Of a stretch of DNA of 61,717 nucleotides, positions 19,439 to 30,337 are shown piece after piece. The stretch is from a virus (lineage: Duplodnaviria; Caudoviricetes): positions 1 to 61,717 of IMG/VR virus record IMGVR_UViG_3300027896_000040; one strand, 5' to 3'. Within the stretch, counting starts at the first letter, position 1; each line of letters opens with the position of its first letter. Position numbers and translations under genes: made by a program. The notes beneath the pieces were generated by a model that saw only the letters and a list, made by a program, of their open reading frames with translations, did no database searches and was not told the origin of the DNA.

Positions 19439-20373
19439 TGAAGAGCGTTGTTATAATAATAGCAACGCTCTTTCTGTGCACAAAATTATTTGCTATAGCT
19501 GGTAACATAACATCAATTACTGGCCCCACTCAAATAACTCGTTTAAACGATAAAATAAAAGGGGAGCTACAAACAATAATTGAAATGAATGATATAGTTG
19601 AGACTTTAAACTCTCGTACTGGTATTACATTTGTAGATAATACTATAGTATCGGTAACAGAGCATAGTAAATTAATAGTTGATAGCTTTGTATATGATCC
19701 ATCCAATGGTACAGGCAAGATAAGAATGAAAGCTGCATTAGGTACGATACGTTATACAACCGGTAAGATAGCACATAACAATCATAACAACGTAAACGTA
19801 CAAACACCTACAGCAAGTATTGCTGTCCGCGGTACTGACTTCAGTCTTACTGTTGATGAAATAGGAAAAAGTTTAATTATTTTATTACCTGCACTTAATA
19901 AAGAAAATGGTAAGTATAAGGTGGGGGTTATAGATGTAAAGACTGATGCAGGTTCTGTTACTTTAGATAAAGCTTTTGAAGCTACAATAGTATCAAGTGC
20001 TTTTACACCACCCACACCCCCGGTAGTTCTTAAGATAGATGAAGGTGGTATTGGCAATAACTTATTATTAGACACTCCAAAAGAAATAACAAATGATTCA
20101 ATATCTAAACAATCTCATGAAAATATAGAAAAACAACAAATACAACAAATTTACAATTCAGCTAAAGCGATTGAAGTAATTGATAATTCTAAGTTTGTAT
20201 TCGTTAATGATGGGGTTTATGCTACATTAAAAAATAATATTGGTGGTGATATTATTAGTTTAAAAATACCAGGTACTTCTAATGCAACGTTAATTTATAA
20301 TTATTCTGGAGGTACAGTATCAGCTAAGAACGGTGCTGGGGATGGAATATCAATAAATATTACACAAAGATGA
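19438..20373 (+). CDS. FecR-domain periplasmic protein
   Basis: ITFVDNTIV...VQTPTASIAVRGTDF. Confidence 0.85.
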   Translation: MKSVVIIIATLFLCTKLFAIAGNITSITGPTQITRLNDKIKGELQTIIEMNDIVETLNSRTGITFVDNTIVSVTEHSKLIVDSFVYDPSNGTGKIRMKAALGTIRYTTGKIAHNNHNNVNVQTPTASIAVRGTDFSLTVDEIGKSLIILLPALNKENGKYKVGVIDVKTDAGSVTLDKAFEATIVSSAFTPPTPPVVLKIDEGGIGNNLLLDTPKEITNDSISKQSHENIEKQQIQQIYNSAKAIEVIDNSKFVFVNDGVYATLKNNIGGDIISLKIPGTSNATLIYNYSGGTVSAKNGAGDGISINITQR

Positions 20374-22460
20374 AGTTAAGAATTTTACTTACCGGTTTTG
20401 GTATTTTAATATTTCTTACAACGTTACGTATAGTTGACCCATATCCGATAGAAATATTGAGATTGAAAGGTTTAGATTATTATCAAAGAAAACAACAAAA
20501 AGTTAAAAGCGACAGTATAGAGGTGGTGGAAATAGACGAACAGTCGTTAATGCAATATGGTCAGTGGCCATTTCCAAGAAACATTCTAGCTGATGGTATA
20601 CAAAAAGCATTTGAAAATGAAGCTCAATTAGTTGTACTTCCAATATTATTCAGTGAACAAGATAGGCTGGGTGGTGATAAAGCTTTCTTAGATACGCTTC
20701 AAAAGTATCCAGTTATAACTTCTCAATCGGCTTCTATAAAAGGTAAAGGTACCCCAGTACCAAGAGGTGTTGCAACAATAGGTACAGGAATTAATGATTG
20801 GATATTTAACTATCCAGCTGCAATAGGCCCTACGAAAGAAATTGGCGAATCATCTGCTGGTGTAGGCATGTTACTAACAGCTCCGGAACTCGATGGTGTC
20901 ACTAGAAGAATGCCTCTTATAGTGCAAGTAAACAAAGAAACGTATCCATGCTTACCTTTAGAAGTATTGAGAATGTTTGGAGGTGAAGAATCGTTTCAAG
21001 CTAAAGTAAGCGATGCTGGTGTTGATGCAGTTAGAGTAAAAGGTATAGCGCCGATAAAGACTGATAGTAATGGACGCGTTTGGATTAACTTTAAGTATAA
21101 GTTGGATAGTATTTCTTTTGTTGATAAAGATTGGTCAAAGGTAAAAGGTAAAATAGTTATATTAGCTTTAACTGCTGAAGGGCTTAACAATACTGTAGCT
21201 ACACCGATAGGAATATCTCAAGGGTATGAAGTATCAGCTCAAACATTACAAATGCTCATTGATGGTAATAGATTGCAAAGACCAGCAGAGTTTGACTTAT
21301 ATGAGATAGGTGGAGGGGTGTTATTAGCTGCTTTATTAATTGTAGCTGCTTGTTATTTTAGTTACACTGTAAATGGCGTGGGTATTATAGCTTTATTATG
21401 TGCACCTTTTTATGTCGGATTAAGTTTATTTGAAAACGGTGGGTATCTTGTTGACTACACTTGGCCTACATTAGCTGTACTAGTACCATGGGTGGGTAGT
21501 ATATTCATGCGATTTGTAATGGAGTTTAAATTAAAGCAGCAAATAAAAAAACAGTTTGGTACTTATCTATCAAAAGATATGGTAGATCAACTTCAAAAAG
21601 ATCCAAGTTTACTTAAGTTAGGTGGAGAGACAAAAGAACTAACTATATTATTTTCAGATATTAGAGGTTATACAGCGCTGTCTGAACATTTTGGTAAAGA
21701 CGTGCAAGGGCTTACAAGTCTTATTAATCGTTATATGGATACAATGCTACCTATAATAATGAATAATAAAGGTAATGTAGGAAAATTAATTGGAGATGCA
21801 ATTATGGCTTGGTGGTCAGCTCCAATAGAGGTAAAAAATCAAGCTACGTTAGCGGTAAAAACTGCGCAAGAAATGAAAGTTGCGCTAGATAAGCTTAATA
21901 AAGAATTAATTGCTGAAGGTATACCACCGCTAGGTATTGGAGTGGGTATTAATACGGGGGAGGTGGTTGTTGGTAATATGGGATCTAAAGATAGGTTTAG
22001 TTATGATATCTTAGGAGATGCTGTTAATTTAGCTTCTCGTTTGGAAGGACAATCTAAACCATATGGTGTGTTGATAGTAATAGGAAAAAATACGAAACTA
22101 AGATTAGAAAAAGAAACTGAATGCCTCGGAGATGCTCATATGAAGATGCAAATCTTACCTTTTTTATTTGAATTAGATTGTATTGCAGTGAAAGGAAAAT
22201 CAGAAGGTATTAAAATTTATACTATTCTAGAATCCCCATTAACTGAAAATGTTAACGAAATTATAAAATTACACGATGAGTTATTGTCTAATTATAGAAT
22301 GCAAAGATGGGACAATGCTATACAATTAGCTAAATCGTCAATAACTTATAATCCTGAGTTAGCTCACTATTATCAAAATATGATAGAGAGGATTGACGAA
22401 CTCAGAAATGCTAACTTACCAGCTGATTGGGATGGAGTATTTGTTGCGAAAAGTAAATAA
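20370..22460 (+). CDS. CHASE2-domain class III adenylate cyclase
   Basis: IDEQSL..YGQWPFPR (CHASE2), 3 TM, LFSDIRGYT, KLIGDAIMA, GDAVNLASRLE. Confidence 0.92.
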   Translation: MKLRILLTGFGILIFLTTLRIVDPYPIEILRLKGLDYYQRKQQKVKSDSIEVVEIDEQSLMQYGQWPFPRNILADGIQKAFENEAQLVVLPILFSEQDRLGGDKAFLDTLQKYPVITSQSASIKGKGTPVPRGVATIGTGINDWIFNYPAAIGPTKEIGESSAGVGMLLTAPELDGVTRRMPLIVQVNKETYPCLPLEVLRMFGGEESFQAKVSDAGVDAVRVKGIAPIKTDSNGRVWINFKYKLDSISFVDKDWSKVKGKIVILALTAEGLNNTVATPIGISQGYEVSAQTLQMLIDGNRLQRPAEFDLYEIGGGVLLAALLIVAACYFSYTVNGVGIIALLCAPFYVGLSLFENGGYLVDYTWPTLAVLVPWVGSIFMRFVMEFKLKQQIKKQFGTYLSKDMVDQLQKDPSLLKLGGETKELTILFSDIRGYTALSEHFGKDVQGLTSLINRYMDTMLPIIMNNKGNVGKLIGDAIMAWWSAPIEVKNQATLAVKTAQEMKVALDKLNKELIAEGIPPLGIGVGINTGEVVVGNMGSKDRFSYDILGDAVNLASRLEGQSKPYGVLIVIGKNTKLRLEKETECLGDAHMKMQILPFLFELDCIAVKGKSEGIKIYTILESPLTENVNEIIKLHDELLSNYRMQRWDNAIQLAKSSITYNPELAHYYQNMIERIDELRNANLPADWDGVFVAKSK

Positions 22461-22721
22461 TTAAGCTTTACTCAAAACAGTAACCAATCCATTAAAGATT
22501 GTGTTAACCATTTCAACATTAGCTACATCATCAGCCTCTGTTACTGATTCTTTAAGAGCATCTAAATCAGATGCGAGTTCTTTAAACTCGTCAATTGATA
22601 ACGAGCCACTTTCAACATCTTTAGCATTAGCAGCAATCTTAGCTGCAGCTTCAGCAATAACGCTATTAGCATTATTAGCAAATGGATCTAGTTTTTTTAA
22701 AAGAGGAGTTATATTGTCCAT
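22461..22721 (-). CDS. Hypothetical protein
   Basis: ORF downstream of lipoprotein. Confidence 0.6.
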   Translation of the reverse strand: MDNITPLLKKLDPFANNANSVIAEAAAKIAANAKDVESGSLSIDEFKELASDLDALKESVTEADDVANVEMVNTIFNGLVTVLSKA

Positions 22722-22729
22722 ACTATTAT

Positions 22730-23158
22730 TTATAAAGACTCACCACCAATTGTTGTTCTTAAAGTATCAGCAAGTTTTACAATTAACTCCATTTTTTTAT
22801 CGTAATATTTTCCACTAATAGTAGTTTCATTTCTTTCACGTTCTTGTAACTCCACTGTTACCTTTTTAAGCAATTCAATTTGATGTAAGATACGTTTATT
22901 ATAAGGACGACCACTAGCATATAGCTCCACATCTGATATTTTATCTACTAAACCATCTAAAACTAAAGAACTGCCTTTACTAATTGGTTGGTTAATAGCC
23001 AAGTATTTTGCAACAATTTCAATATCAACAGCTCTATTATATTCTTGAGCATCGTAGTGAGGGTAATGGCCAAGTACGCCATCTATAATGACTGCTGGTT
23101 TAATTGATGTACACCCTGTCAATGCAAATCCTAAAAATAAAATTGCTATTTTACGCAT
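22730..23158 (-). CDS. Lipoprotein
   Basis: Lipobox FALTGC; TAAATA upstream. Confidence 0.7.
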   Translation of the reverse strand: MRKIAILFLGFALTGCTSIKPAVIIDGVLGHYPHYDAQEYNRAVDIEIVAKYLAINQPISKGSSLVLDGLVDKISDVELYASGRPYNKRILHQIELLKKVTVELQERERNETTISGKYYDKKMELIVKLADTLRTTIGGESL

Positions 23159-23260
23159 ATAATTTATTTAATAAAAATTCAGGCGCTGACTTTATTGTCC
23201 GAGTCCGCCAGAAGGACAAGTTGTCATTTCCCTTTGAAATTATCTCGGGATATGATAGTG

Positions 23261-23599
23261 TTATACAGCTGGATAAACATGAGGATTATTTCTATGAAGG
23301 GTCCGCTGCAAATTTATTTTCTGTTCTTTATCTCTAGTATCACGCAAGTAGTCCACGTACTTGAAAAGATGGTTTGATGCTTCATCAAAAGTATCATAAC
23401 TAAACTTTTTAGCATTAACATCTGCACCATTTGGGTAACCAATTTGTGTGCAACCGTTAACAGCTGGTACAAACTTACCATCAGCTTTATAGATGGTTAA
23501 GTAGCAACAACGATAGTCGCCATACTCCCACGCACCACCCATATCAAGCCATTCATTAGGACGTGCATAGCATTCTGGTCTGTAACGAGCTTTACCCAT
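23261..23599 (-). CDS. Hypothetical protein
   Basis: Leaderless promoter 23605-23620. Confidence 0.6.
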   Translation of the reverse strand: MGKARYRPECYARPNEWLDMGGAWEYGDYRCCYLTIYKADGKFVPAVNGCTQIGYPNGADVNAKKFSYDTFDEASNHLFKYVDYLRDTRDKEQKINLQRTLHRNNPHVYPAV

Positions 23600-23619
23600 C
23601 CCTAATTATATCATAGTTC

Positions 23620-23826
23620 CTAGTACTCGTCGTCTTCTTCTTTTTCGTCGTAATTAGGATCTTCACTCTCGACTACACTAATAAATTCATCAGATAAAAA
23701 AGCTAACTTACGGGCTGCAACTTGCTCTTTATCAGATAAACTATCCATACCATAAGTAGCTAAGTACTCTAAGGCATCAACATAATCTTCATGAAGATCT
23801 TGGAAACGTTGTAAGTTCTTTGCCAT
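23620..23826 (-). CDS. Hypothetical acidic protein
   Basis: ORF. Confidence 0.55.
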   Translation of the reverse strand: MAKNLQRFQDLHEDYVDALEYLATYGMDSLSDKEQVAARKLAFLSDEFISVVESEDPNYDEKEEDDEY

Positions 23827-23848
23827 AATAATATATATTTAAATTTGT

Positions 23849-24925
23849 TTAGTTTGAAAGTTGTAAATCATTCTTTACCATTTTTTTTACTAATTCGTTG
23901 AATGATACTTTTGGTTTCCATAACAATTCTGTTCTTGCTTTATTTGAATTGCCAAGTAAAGTATTTACTTCTGCTGGTCTATATAAATCTTTACTGACGG
24001 CTACAAGTGTATGTTTTTTGTACTTAAAAACTTCATCTTCTGGATTAACACCTTTTACCCAGCTTCCTTTAATGCCAACAGCTTGAAATGCTAACTCTAC
24101 AAATTCTCTTACTGAATGATTTTCATTAGATGAAAGTAAATACTCTTTTACTGGACCTGTTTGATTGAGCATTAACCAAATACCTTCAACAAAATCTTCT
24201 GCATCACTCCAATCTCTTGTTGCTTCTAAATTGCCTAGCAATAGTGGTTCAAACGTTTGCTTCTTTGCGATAGCCTTTTTAATACGTGCAACATTTTTTG
24301 TGATTTTACGTGTTACAAACTCTTCACCACGTCTTGTACCTTCATGGTTAAATAATAAACCTTGCACTGCATACAAGCCGTATGACTCTCTATACACTTT
24401 AACTAGCTGTCTAGATGCTGCTTTAGAAGCACCGTACGGTGAACGAGGTCTTAATGGGTGTTTTTCATCTTGAGGTGAATAAATTACATCACCAAATTCT
24501 TCAGATGAACCGGCTTGGTAAAGTCTGCATGTTGGGCTATATGATCTAATAGCTTCTAAAATATGCAGAGTTGATGTTGCATTTGTCTCCCAAGTTTGAT
24601 AAGCAAAATCCCAACTACTACCAACAAAGCTCTGTGCTGCTAAGTTAATGAAGTATAATGGTTTAATTATCTCTACAGCTCTAGAAATAGAATGGCTATC
24701 AATTAAATCGAAATTTATTAGATGAAATCTATCACTTTTTATATGCCTGAGATTAATATGGTTATTAACACTTAAACGTCTTACACATCCAAATATTTCT
24801 AAATCTGTATTCTTAAGAAGAAAATCTACCATGTGTGATCCGTCTTGACCAGTAACACCGGTAACTATGACACAATTTTTATCACGTGCAAATAATGCTG
24901 CAGTATCTATATTAATGACGTTCAT
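23849..24925 (-). CDS. gmd: GDP-mannose 4,6-dehydratase
   Basis: VTGVTGQDGS, NLAAQSFV, SPYGASK, FNHEG..RGEEFVTRKI. Confidence 0.95.
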   Translation of the reverse strand: MNVINIDTAALFARDKNCVIVTGVTGQDGSHMVDFLLKNTDLEIFGCVRRLSVNNHINLRHIKSDRFHLINFDLIDSHSISRAVEIIKPLYFINLAAQSFVGSSWDFAYQTWETNATSTLHILEAIRSYSPTCRLYQAGSSEEFGDVIYSPQDEKHPLRPRSPYGASKAASRQLVKVYRESYGLYAVQGLLFNHEGTRRGEEFVTRKITKNVARIKKAIAKKQTFEPLLLGNLEATRDWSDAEDFVEGIWLMLNQTGPVKEYLLSSNENHSVREFVELAFQAVGIKGSWVKGVNPEDEVFKYKKHTLVAVSKDLYRPAEVNTLLGNSNKARTELLWKPKVSFNELVKKMVKNDLQLSN

Positions 24926-24974
24926 GTTATCTATTTTTTTAGATGTGTAATCTTTTGAAGGGGTAATCACAGTT

Positions 24975-26789
24975 TTAATTCTCTCTTCTTTCTTCCGGTT
25001 TGTAGTAAACAATTCTGTCATGTTTAACTGGAGCAGCTAATAACACTGCTGGTTGTAAATTCTTCTTTAATGTTTCTTGAAACATGTAAGACATCCAAGT
25101 TTGTTCGAACGGATGGGCCCATTTTGTATCGATAAACATCTTCTTATTACCTTTTTTATCTACAATCATCGGCCAGTTAGCATAATAGATTTCGCCGGTA
25201 ATATAACTCAATTCATCTTGAACATCTATTCTATCAAATTTAGTTCTTGGTGCGTATGGATCAAGTCCCGATACTGGCAACTTATCATAATCAGGCCATA
25301 AAGCTGTACGAACTGTTTGCGGTACATTATACCAAGATACTTGTATATTGTTGTCCATATACACTTCAGTGTACGATAGCTTTAAAAAGTCAAACTGCTC
25401 ACGTGCCATAATCTTATGCACTTTTGTATAAAGATCAGGTACATACTTTACAAGCCCATTACGGCAAGTAAGAGGTAAATCTCTTGGACCGTAAAATCCC
25501 ATATCGTCTTCAAAGAAGAAATAATAATCACTATCTGAATCATGGAAGTGTTCTGCAGCAAATTGCCTACCACCGCATATACCTCCATTCTTGCCCGTTA
25601 CAATATGTTCAAAGCCGTACTTATCTGCAATAGCTTTATTACCAACTATAGCCATTGCATCGGTAGAATTATCAATAAGAACTTTTCTTGGCTTATTCAA
25701 CCAATCTGGAGAGTTTGCAATCCAAGTTTGAATAGTATGCTCAATCTGCTGAGGAAAGTTAAATGTGAGCATGTAAAGGGTTGTTTTATCAACGGTCTCA
25801 TTATAAGAGCCTTTTGGTAACACATTCTTTCTATCTTGAATTGGTACCAACTCTACCTTATCTTGCAAAAGGTTTTGGATAAATTTAACAATCAAACCAT
25901 TTTCATCTAACTGATAACGCCTATAGATATGTGGTTCAGAGTTAGCCATAATGCTAAATATGCTCTCTTCTGTACCCATATAGCCATTACTAAGTGTATC
26001 ATTTAATAATGAATAATATGTACCATTAGCCTGTGATAAAAAGTCTTTATGACCACCAAACAACCCACCCCTACAAACATACTTTACATCATTATGTGCG
26101 TAACGGTCAATAGCTTTCTTATCAAACCCATGTATCTCAGATTTTGTTTCGTATGGATAACTTAAGAATAAGAATGTCTTTAAAAGGGGGGTAATCTTTG
26201 TTAATGCTTTATCATTAACAAAGAAGTTCTCGTAAACTGTATTAGTAATGCCAGCATCTAACCAAATGAAGTAATCAGTGTTAAATGCATTTATTACCTT
26301 GGCATCATGCAACATAAACATCTTAGACTGTACAATAGGGTTGTAATATTCTAATACTGTTTGCGGTGCTGACTTTAACCAACCATTCTCACCTGTCTGG
26401 TTAAACCAGTTTGGATCATTTCTTATCTTTTGTGTATTGTCCCAAAAAGGGGCATAGTAATTGCTCTTAATATCTTCTAACTCTAAAATCTTTACAATAG
26501 TATTATCTTTGCTGCGTCTCTCCCAAACAAAATCTTCTAACTCCTTAGGGACGTATATAAACATATACTGCTCCATTTGCAGAATCTTTTCAAAACATTC
26601 TTTGTAATGATCAAAGCTACGTCCTGGCTTACTTAAATTCCAAAGACCAGTTACTACTGTAAGCTTATCATCAGTTACTTGAGGCTTCTTACGCTGAAAC
26701 TCTATAAGCTGTTCATGTGAGTATTTGTTCAACGCAGACTCAATAGCTGTCTTACCATACTTTTCAATTAAACTTTCAACAGGGAGCAT
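24975..26789 (-). CDS. HtrL/YibB-like domain fused to GT-A glycosyltransferase
   Basis: TVVTGLWNL, FIWLDAG, GGLFGG, GTEE; second domain FFFEDD. Confidence 0.7.
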   Translation of the reverse strand: MLPVESLIEKYGKTAIESALNKYSHEQLIEFQRKKPQVTDDKLTVVTGLWNLSKPGRSFDHYKECFEKILQMEQYMFIYVPKELEDFVWERRSKDNTIVKILELEDIKSNYYAPFWDNTQKIRNDPNWFNQTGENGWLKSAPQTVLEYYNPIVQSKMFMLHDAKVINAFNTDYFIWLDAGITNTVYENFFVNDKALTKITPLLKTFLFLSYPYETKSEIHGFDKKAIDRYAHNDVKYVCRGGLFGGHKDFLSQANGTYYSLLNDTLSNGYMGTEESIFSIMANSEPHIYRRYQLDENGLIVKFIQNLLQDKVELVPIQDRKNVLPKGSYNETVDKTTLYMLTFNFPQQIEHTIQTWIANSPDWLNKPRKVLIDNSTDAMAIVGNKAIADKYGFEHIVTGKNGGICGGRQFAAEHFHDSDSDYYFFFEDDMGFYGPRDLPLTCRNGLVKYVPDLYTKVHKIMAREQFDFLKLSYTEVYMDNNIQVSWYNVPQTVRTALWPDYDKLPVSGLDPYAPRTKFDRIDVQDELSYITGEIYYANWPMIVDKKGNKKMFIDTKWAHPFEQTWMSYMFQETLKKNLQPAVLLAAPVKHDRIVYYKPEERREN

Positions 26790-26803
26790 AATATAATTTT
26801 ATA

Positions 26804-28618
26804 TTAACTAATATACTTTTCAATCATTTGAGAGGTAAATATATTCTTTTTATATTTAGCTACGTTATTGTTCTTGAAGATGTTACAACCTTCAGCACCT
26901 TCATGTGATGTATGAGCTAGTACCGGGAATGTAATAGCACCGCCACCCTTTTGCCAATCATCTACTGTTTCATAGTACGGTGTTAAAGTTTCGTGATAAG
27001 TGGTTACTCTCTTTATACCTTTAAAGCCAAGGTATGCTGATACAAATGAATCATCACACCATGTGTAGTATTCATCCATAAGTTGCTTTAAATCATCTTC
27101 AAAGTACTTACGTTTGTAAGAAATGGACTTATAATGTTGTAAGGTTTTTGTCTTTACATGCTTTCTAACAGCAGTTAAATAATGATCTCTTACATCATTA
27201 TAAATAGGTTGCCAGCAAGCAAGACCATCATAACCAACAGCACTATTTGGAAACTTGAATTGATTAATGATTTGCTCTTTGAGCATATCTTCATGGTAAA
27301 CTAAATCATCATCAACCACTACAATAAAGCTTTCTGGGTCTTTTACTCTTAATAACGTTGGGTATAATTTAGTAATTGGTCCAAAGTCATCAGTTCTAAA
27401 GATTTTAAAGCGAGGAAACTGATTTGGTAAATCTAATACCCAATTTGGTATCTCATACTTTTCACCAGTACTCTTACAAACAAATGGTACATTGAAATGA
27501 ATTTCATACTCACCTGGATAATTTTGCATAAGCAAAGAGTAAATGCATTTAGTAATACCATTGGGTTTGGTGTCAGCTAGTCTTGTTGGTACTGTAGTGA
27601 AGGTGATAACTGGCTTTACCGGCCATACAAAGTTATTCATGTCAACAGCTACTGGAATAGCATCACCTGGGGGGTATTTTGTATCAGATGGTATTGCAAC
27701 TGGTGTAGCTACTTTAGCTTGTTCAGGCTTGGGCTCATCAGCCTCAGAGAACGGTGGTTCATAGTACCAGTTATCACAATCAAACTTTAACACTGACTCT
27801 AAATCTTTCCTAACAAAGCCTAAATGATTACCAGTCTTTTGTCTAAACAAATTAAAACCGGTATCAGTTGCATAAGATAATTGCTTTAAAATAGGGTAAT
27901 GGTGAGAATGCTTACCAAGCCCACAAGCAGAGTAATTAACTGGGATAAAGTTATTTTCTTTATCCCAAGCTAACATTATAAAGTTAATTTTCTTCTTTCT
28001 CAAATAATAACCAACAACAAGATCATCACTATCAGCAACACCTAAGTACTCATCAGTAAAAAAGTCATCACCAAAGAACTTACGTTTATAAGTTACAGAA
28101 TGCCAATGGCCTGGTATAGCTGCATACGTGTCGTGCTTTAAAGGAAAAAAAGCATGTGTACCCAACAATATATACTTCTTTATACCATTCTTATCAATAA
28201 ACTCTCTCTTATCAACAATGTTATCACCTCTGAATCCTATAGCAGTGTTTGGATACTTATCCATTCTTGCAGACACATACTCTATAAGATCATCATAATA
28301 AACATGATCGTCATCTAAAGTAATAATAACATCTTCTGGGTCGGTAACAATGTTAAAACAGCCAATAACCTTTTCAATTGGACCCCTATCAGTGTCTATT
28401 CTATTGATAATAAGTTTTGGGTTCGATGCTGCTAATTGTGTTAGTTCATCTGGTACAATATAAGGCATGTTTCTGTTCTTATAAATTTTTGGAATGTTGA
28501 TAACTACTTTATAGTCCCTATCTGTCTTTTGGTTTATTAATGATAATACATTTTGCTTAAACTCTGGCCAAGTTGATAGCCTTTCTGGGACTGTAGTCAA
28601 TGAAATATAAGTGCTCAT
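26804..28618 (-). CDS. Tandem two-domain GT-A glycosyltransferase
   Basis: Two ISLTT(V)PxR...GP(I)xK...DDD units. Confidence 0.75.
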   Translation of the reverse strand: MSTYISLTTVPERLSTWPEFKQNVLSLINQKTDRDYKVVINIPKIYKNRNMPYIVPDELTQLAASNPKLIINRIDTDRGPIEKVIGCFNIVTDPEDVIITLDDDHVYYDDLIEYVSARMDKYPNTAIGFRGDNIVDKREFIDKNGIKKYILLGTHAFFPLKHDTYAAIPGHWHSVTYKRKFFGDDFFTDEYLGVADSDDLVVGYYLRKKKINFIMLAWDKENNFIPVNYSACGLGKHSHHYPILKQLSYATDTGFNLFRQKTGNHLGFVRKDLESVLKFDCDNWYYEPPFSEADEPKPEQAKVATPVAIPSDTKYPPGDAIPVAVDMNNFVWPVKPVITFTTVPTRLADTKPNGITKCIYSLLMQNYPGEYEIHFNVPFVCKSTGEKYEIPNWVLDLPNQFPRFKIFRTDDFGPITKLYPTLLRVKDPESFIVVVDDDLVYHEDMLKEQIINQFKFPNSAVGYDGLACWQPIYNDVRDHYLTAVRKHVKTKTLQHYKSISYKRKYFEDDLKQLMDEYYTWCDDSFVSAYLGFKGIKRVTTYHETLTPYYETVDDWQKGGGAITFPVLAHTSHEGAEGCNIFKNNNVAKYKKNIFTSQMIEKYIS

Positions 28619-28619
28619 T

Positions 28620-29573
28620 TTAATAGTAATTTTTTTGTTGCTTATCGTAAAAGTATATATCAAATTCTGGCTTGTTTCTCAAGTCACATTCATTGACTAT
28701 TTCGAATATTTTTTGCTGAACCCAATTATCGGGAGCTAAATTGTTGCCTGGTCTACCAGGCAAAGTAAACTTACCATGCCCTACCATCTCTACGTATGTT
28801 ATAATAAACTTTTGATTAGCATAAGGATAGTAATCAAACGTCATATACTTACTGCATAATGTTCTAAACATATAATCTTCATTAGAAGACCAAGGGAGAT
28901 AATAGTCTAATGAACCAACATGATGATCACGATATGTACCGTTTTTACCTTTGATATGGGAGCTATCTAAATGGTGCAATCTACAATCTGGATTATATTT
29001 GAAAAGCTCTTTATATGATGACTTTCTCCATATACAAGGTTGTACGCTAAATTGATGCATATGCCCATCACCAACATAATATAGTTCATCACTTTTAAAG
29101 CCATATTTTTCACTAAAAGGAAACAACTTAAAAAAGTTTGGAGGTTGCTGTGTTTTATTGTGGTTTTCTGGCTGAAACGATGAAAATGTATAATTGTCTA
29201 CTTTTTCATTTGTAAAGATATTAATAAGTTTGTTAAGTGATTCAAAATCCAAATCACTAGTTAGCATATAATCTTCACAAAAGTAAAAGATAAAATCTTC
29301 TGTAATCGAATCAATAGCATGTGCCATTACAGGAGCAAAATGATGACCACCTGGATCAAAAGGTATTTGTGGCGACAAATAATTTACTTTATCACAATAT
29401 GGCAAGTTTGAAACATCATTAAATCTGTTTAGTGCAACTGAAATGTTAATGTTATCTAAACCCACATATTTATCAAAATACTTTAAACAAATACCTGCTA
29501 AAGGTATAGTTCTTTCATTGCAATAAATTACAAAGTGTGTATTAGGTACTTTGTTGTGGTTCTTTAAAATCAT
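28620..29573 (-). CDS. Probable GT-A glycosyltransferase
   Basis: FYFCEDY, FSVQPCIWRK. Confidence 0.6.
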   Translation of the reverse strand: MILKNHNKVPNTHFVIYCNERTIPLAGICLKYFDKYVGLDNINISVALNRFNDVSNLPYCDKVNYLSPQIPFDPGGHHFAPVMAHAIDSITEDFIFYFCEDYMLTSDLDFESLNKLINIFTNEKVDNYTFSSFQPENHNKTQQPPNFFKLFPFSEKYGFKSDELYYVGDGHMHQFSVQPCIWRKSSYKELFKYNPDCRLHHLDSSHIKGKNGTYRDHHVGSLDYYLPWSSNEDYMFRTLCSKYMTFDYYPYANQKFIITYVEMVGHGKFTLPGRPGNNLAPDNWVQQKIFEIVNECDLRNKPEFDIYFYDKQQKNYY

Positions 29574-30333
29574 GTAAGAAACTTAAATCAAGATCTTTAT
29601 CGCCTGGGTTAGCTCTATTTCTGCAATCTAGCTTTTCTATAGGATAGTTTTGAGTATCCGGGGCAATATAATTAACAAATCTTTTATTTTCAAATGTTAC
29701 TTCCCAAACTCTTGGGATAGTATAGATTACCGATTTTGAATCGTGAATCTTTTGCTCATACTTAAAAACTTCACCCCAATTGTTACCATGGACATGTGTA
29801 AGAACAAAGTACTCATTAAGTCTGTTGATAATAACTTCAGCCTTCTGTCTCCATTCTGGACCATCAAGCCAATGTATTTCTAAAATGATACCAGTACAAT
29901 ACTTTGCAATTTCAGCAATATCTGTTTTTGCAAAGTAATCATACTCAGAGCCTTCAGTATCAATTTTTAATAATACATCCCCCTTAATGCCTAACTCTTT
30001 ATAAAGTTGAACAACCTCTTTAGCTGGTATATTATTAACATTAGTACCAGCTAAACCTAAACCTACCTTGTAAAAATAAATTTCTGGATCTTCTTTAGCA
30101 GGACGATCAACGAATGGGTCAAACATGTAAACTGGTTTCTTAAACCTTTTAGCAAAGTCAAACTCATATCTAGTCTCTCCACCCACACCAAAGGTAAATA
30201 AGCATGAACACTTATCTATCATCATTTGTGAACAGACATAACCACCATCTGAGTGCTCATTATCTCTTTCACTGTATGGTCCAACCCTGACTTTCTTCTC
30301 GTTAATAGTTTTTGGTTTTAATAAATGAAACAT
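29542..30333 (-). CDS. FkbM-like SAM methyltransferase
   Basis: DGGY, FGVG, LKIDTEGSE, HVHGNN. Confidence 0.8.
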   Translation of the reverse strand: MFHLLKPKTINEKKVRVGPYSERDNEHSDGGYVCSQMMIDKCSCLFTFGVGGETRYEFDFAKRFKKPVYMFDPFVDRPAKEDPEIYFYKVGLGLAGTNVNNIPAKEVVQLYKELGIKGDVLLKIDTEGSEYDYFAKTDIAEIAKYCTGIILEIHWLDGPEWRQKAEVIINRLNEYFVLTHVHGNNWGEVFKYEQKIHDSKSVIYTIPRVWEVTFENKRFVNYIAPDTQNYPIEKLDCRNRANPGDKDLDLSFLHDFKEPQQST

Positions 30334-30337
30334 AAAT

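Noticed and set aside
16794-22460. Pycsar anti-phage system
   Set aside because: The cyclase is a membrane CHASE2 enzyme with adenylate-specifying residues, not a soluble PycC; only the cyclase-plus-effector logic is similar.
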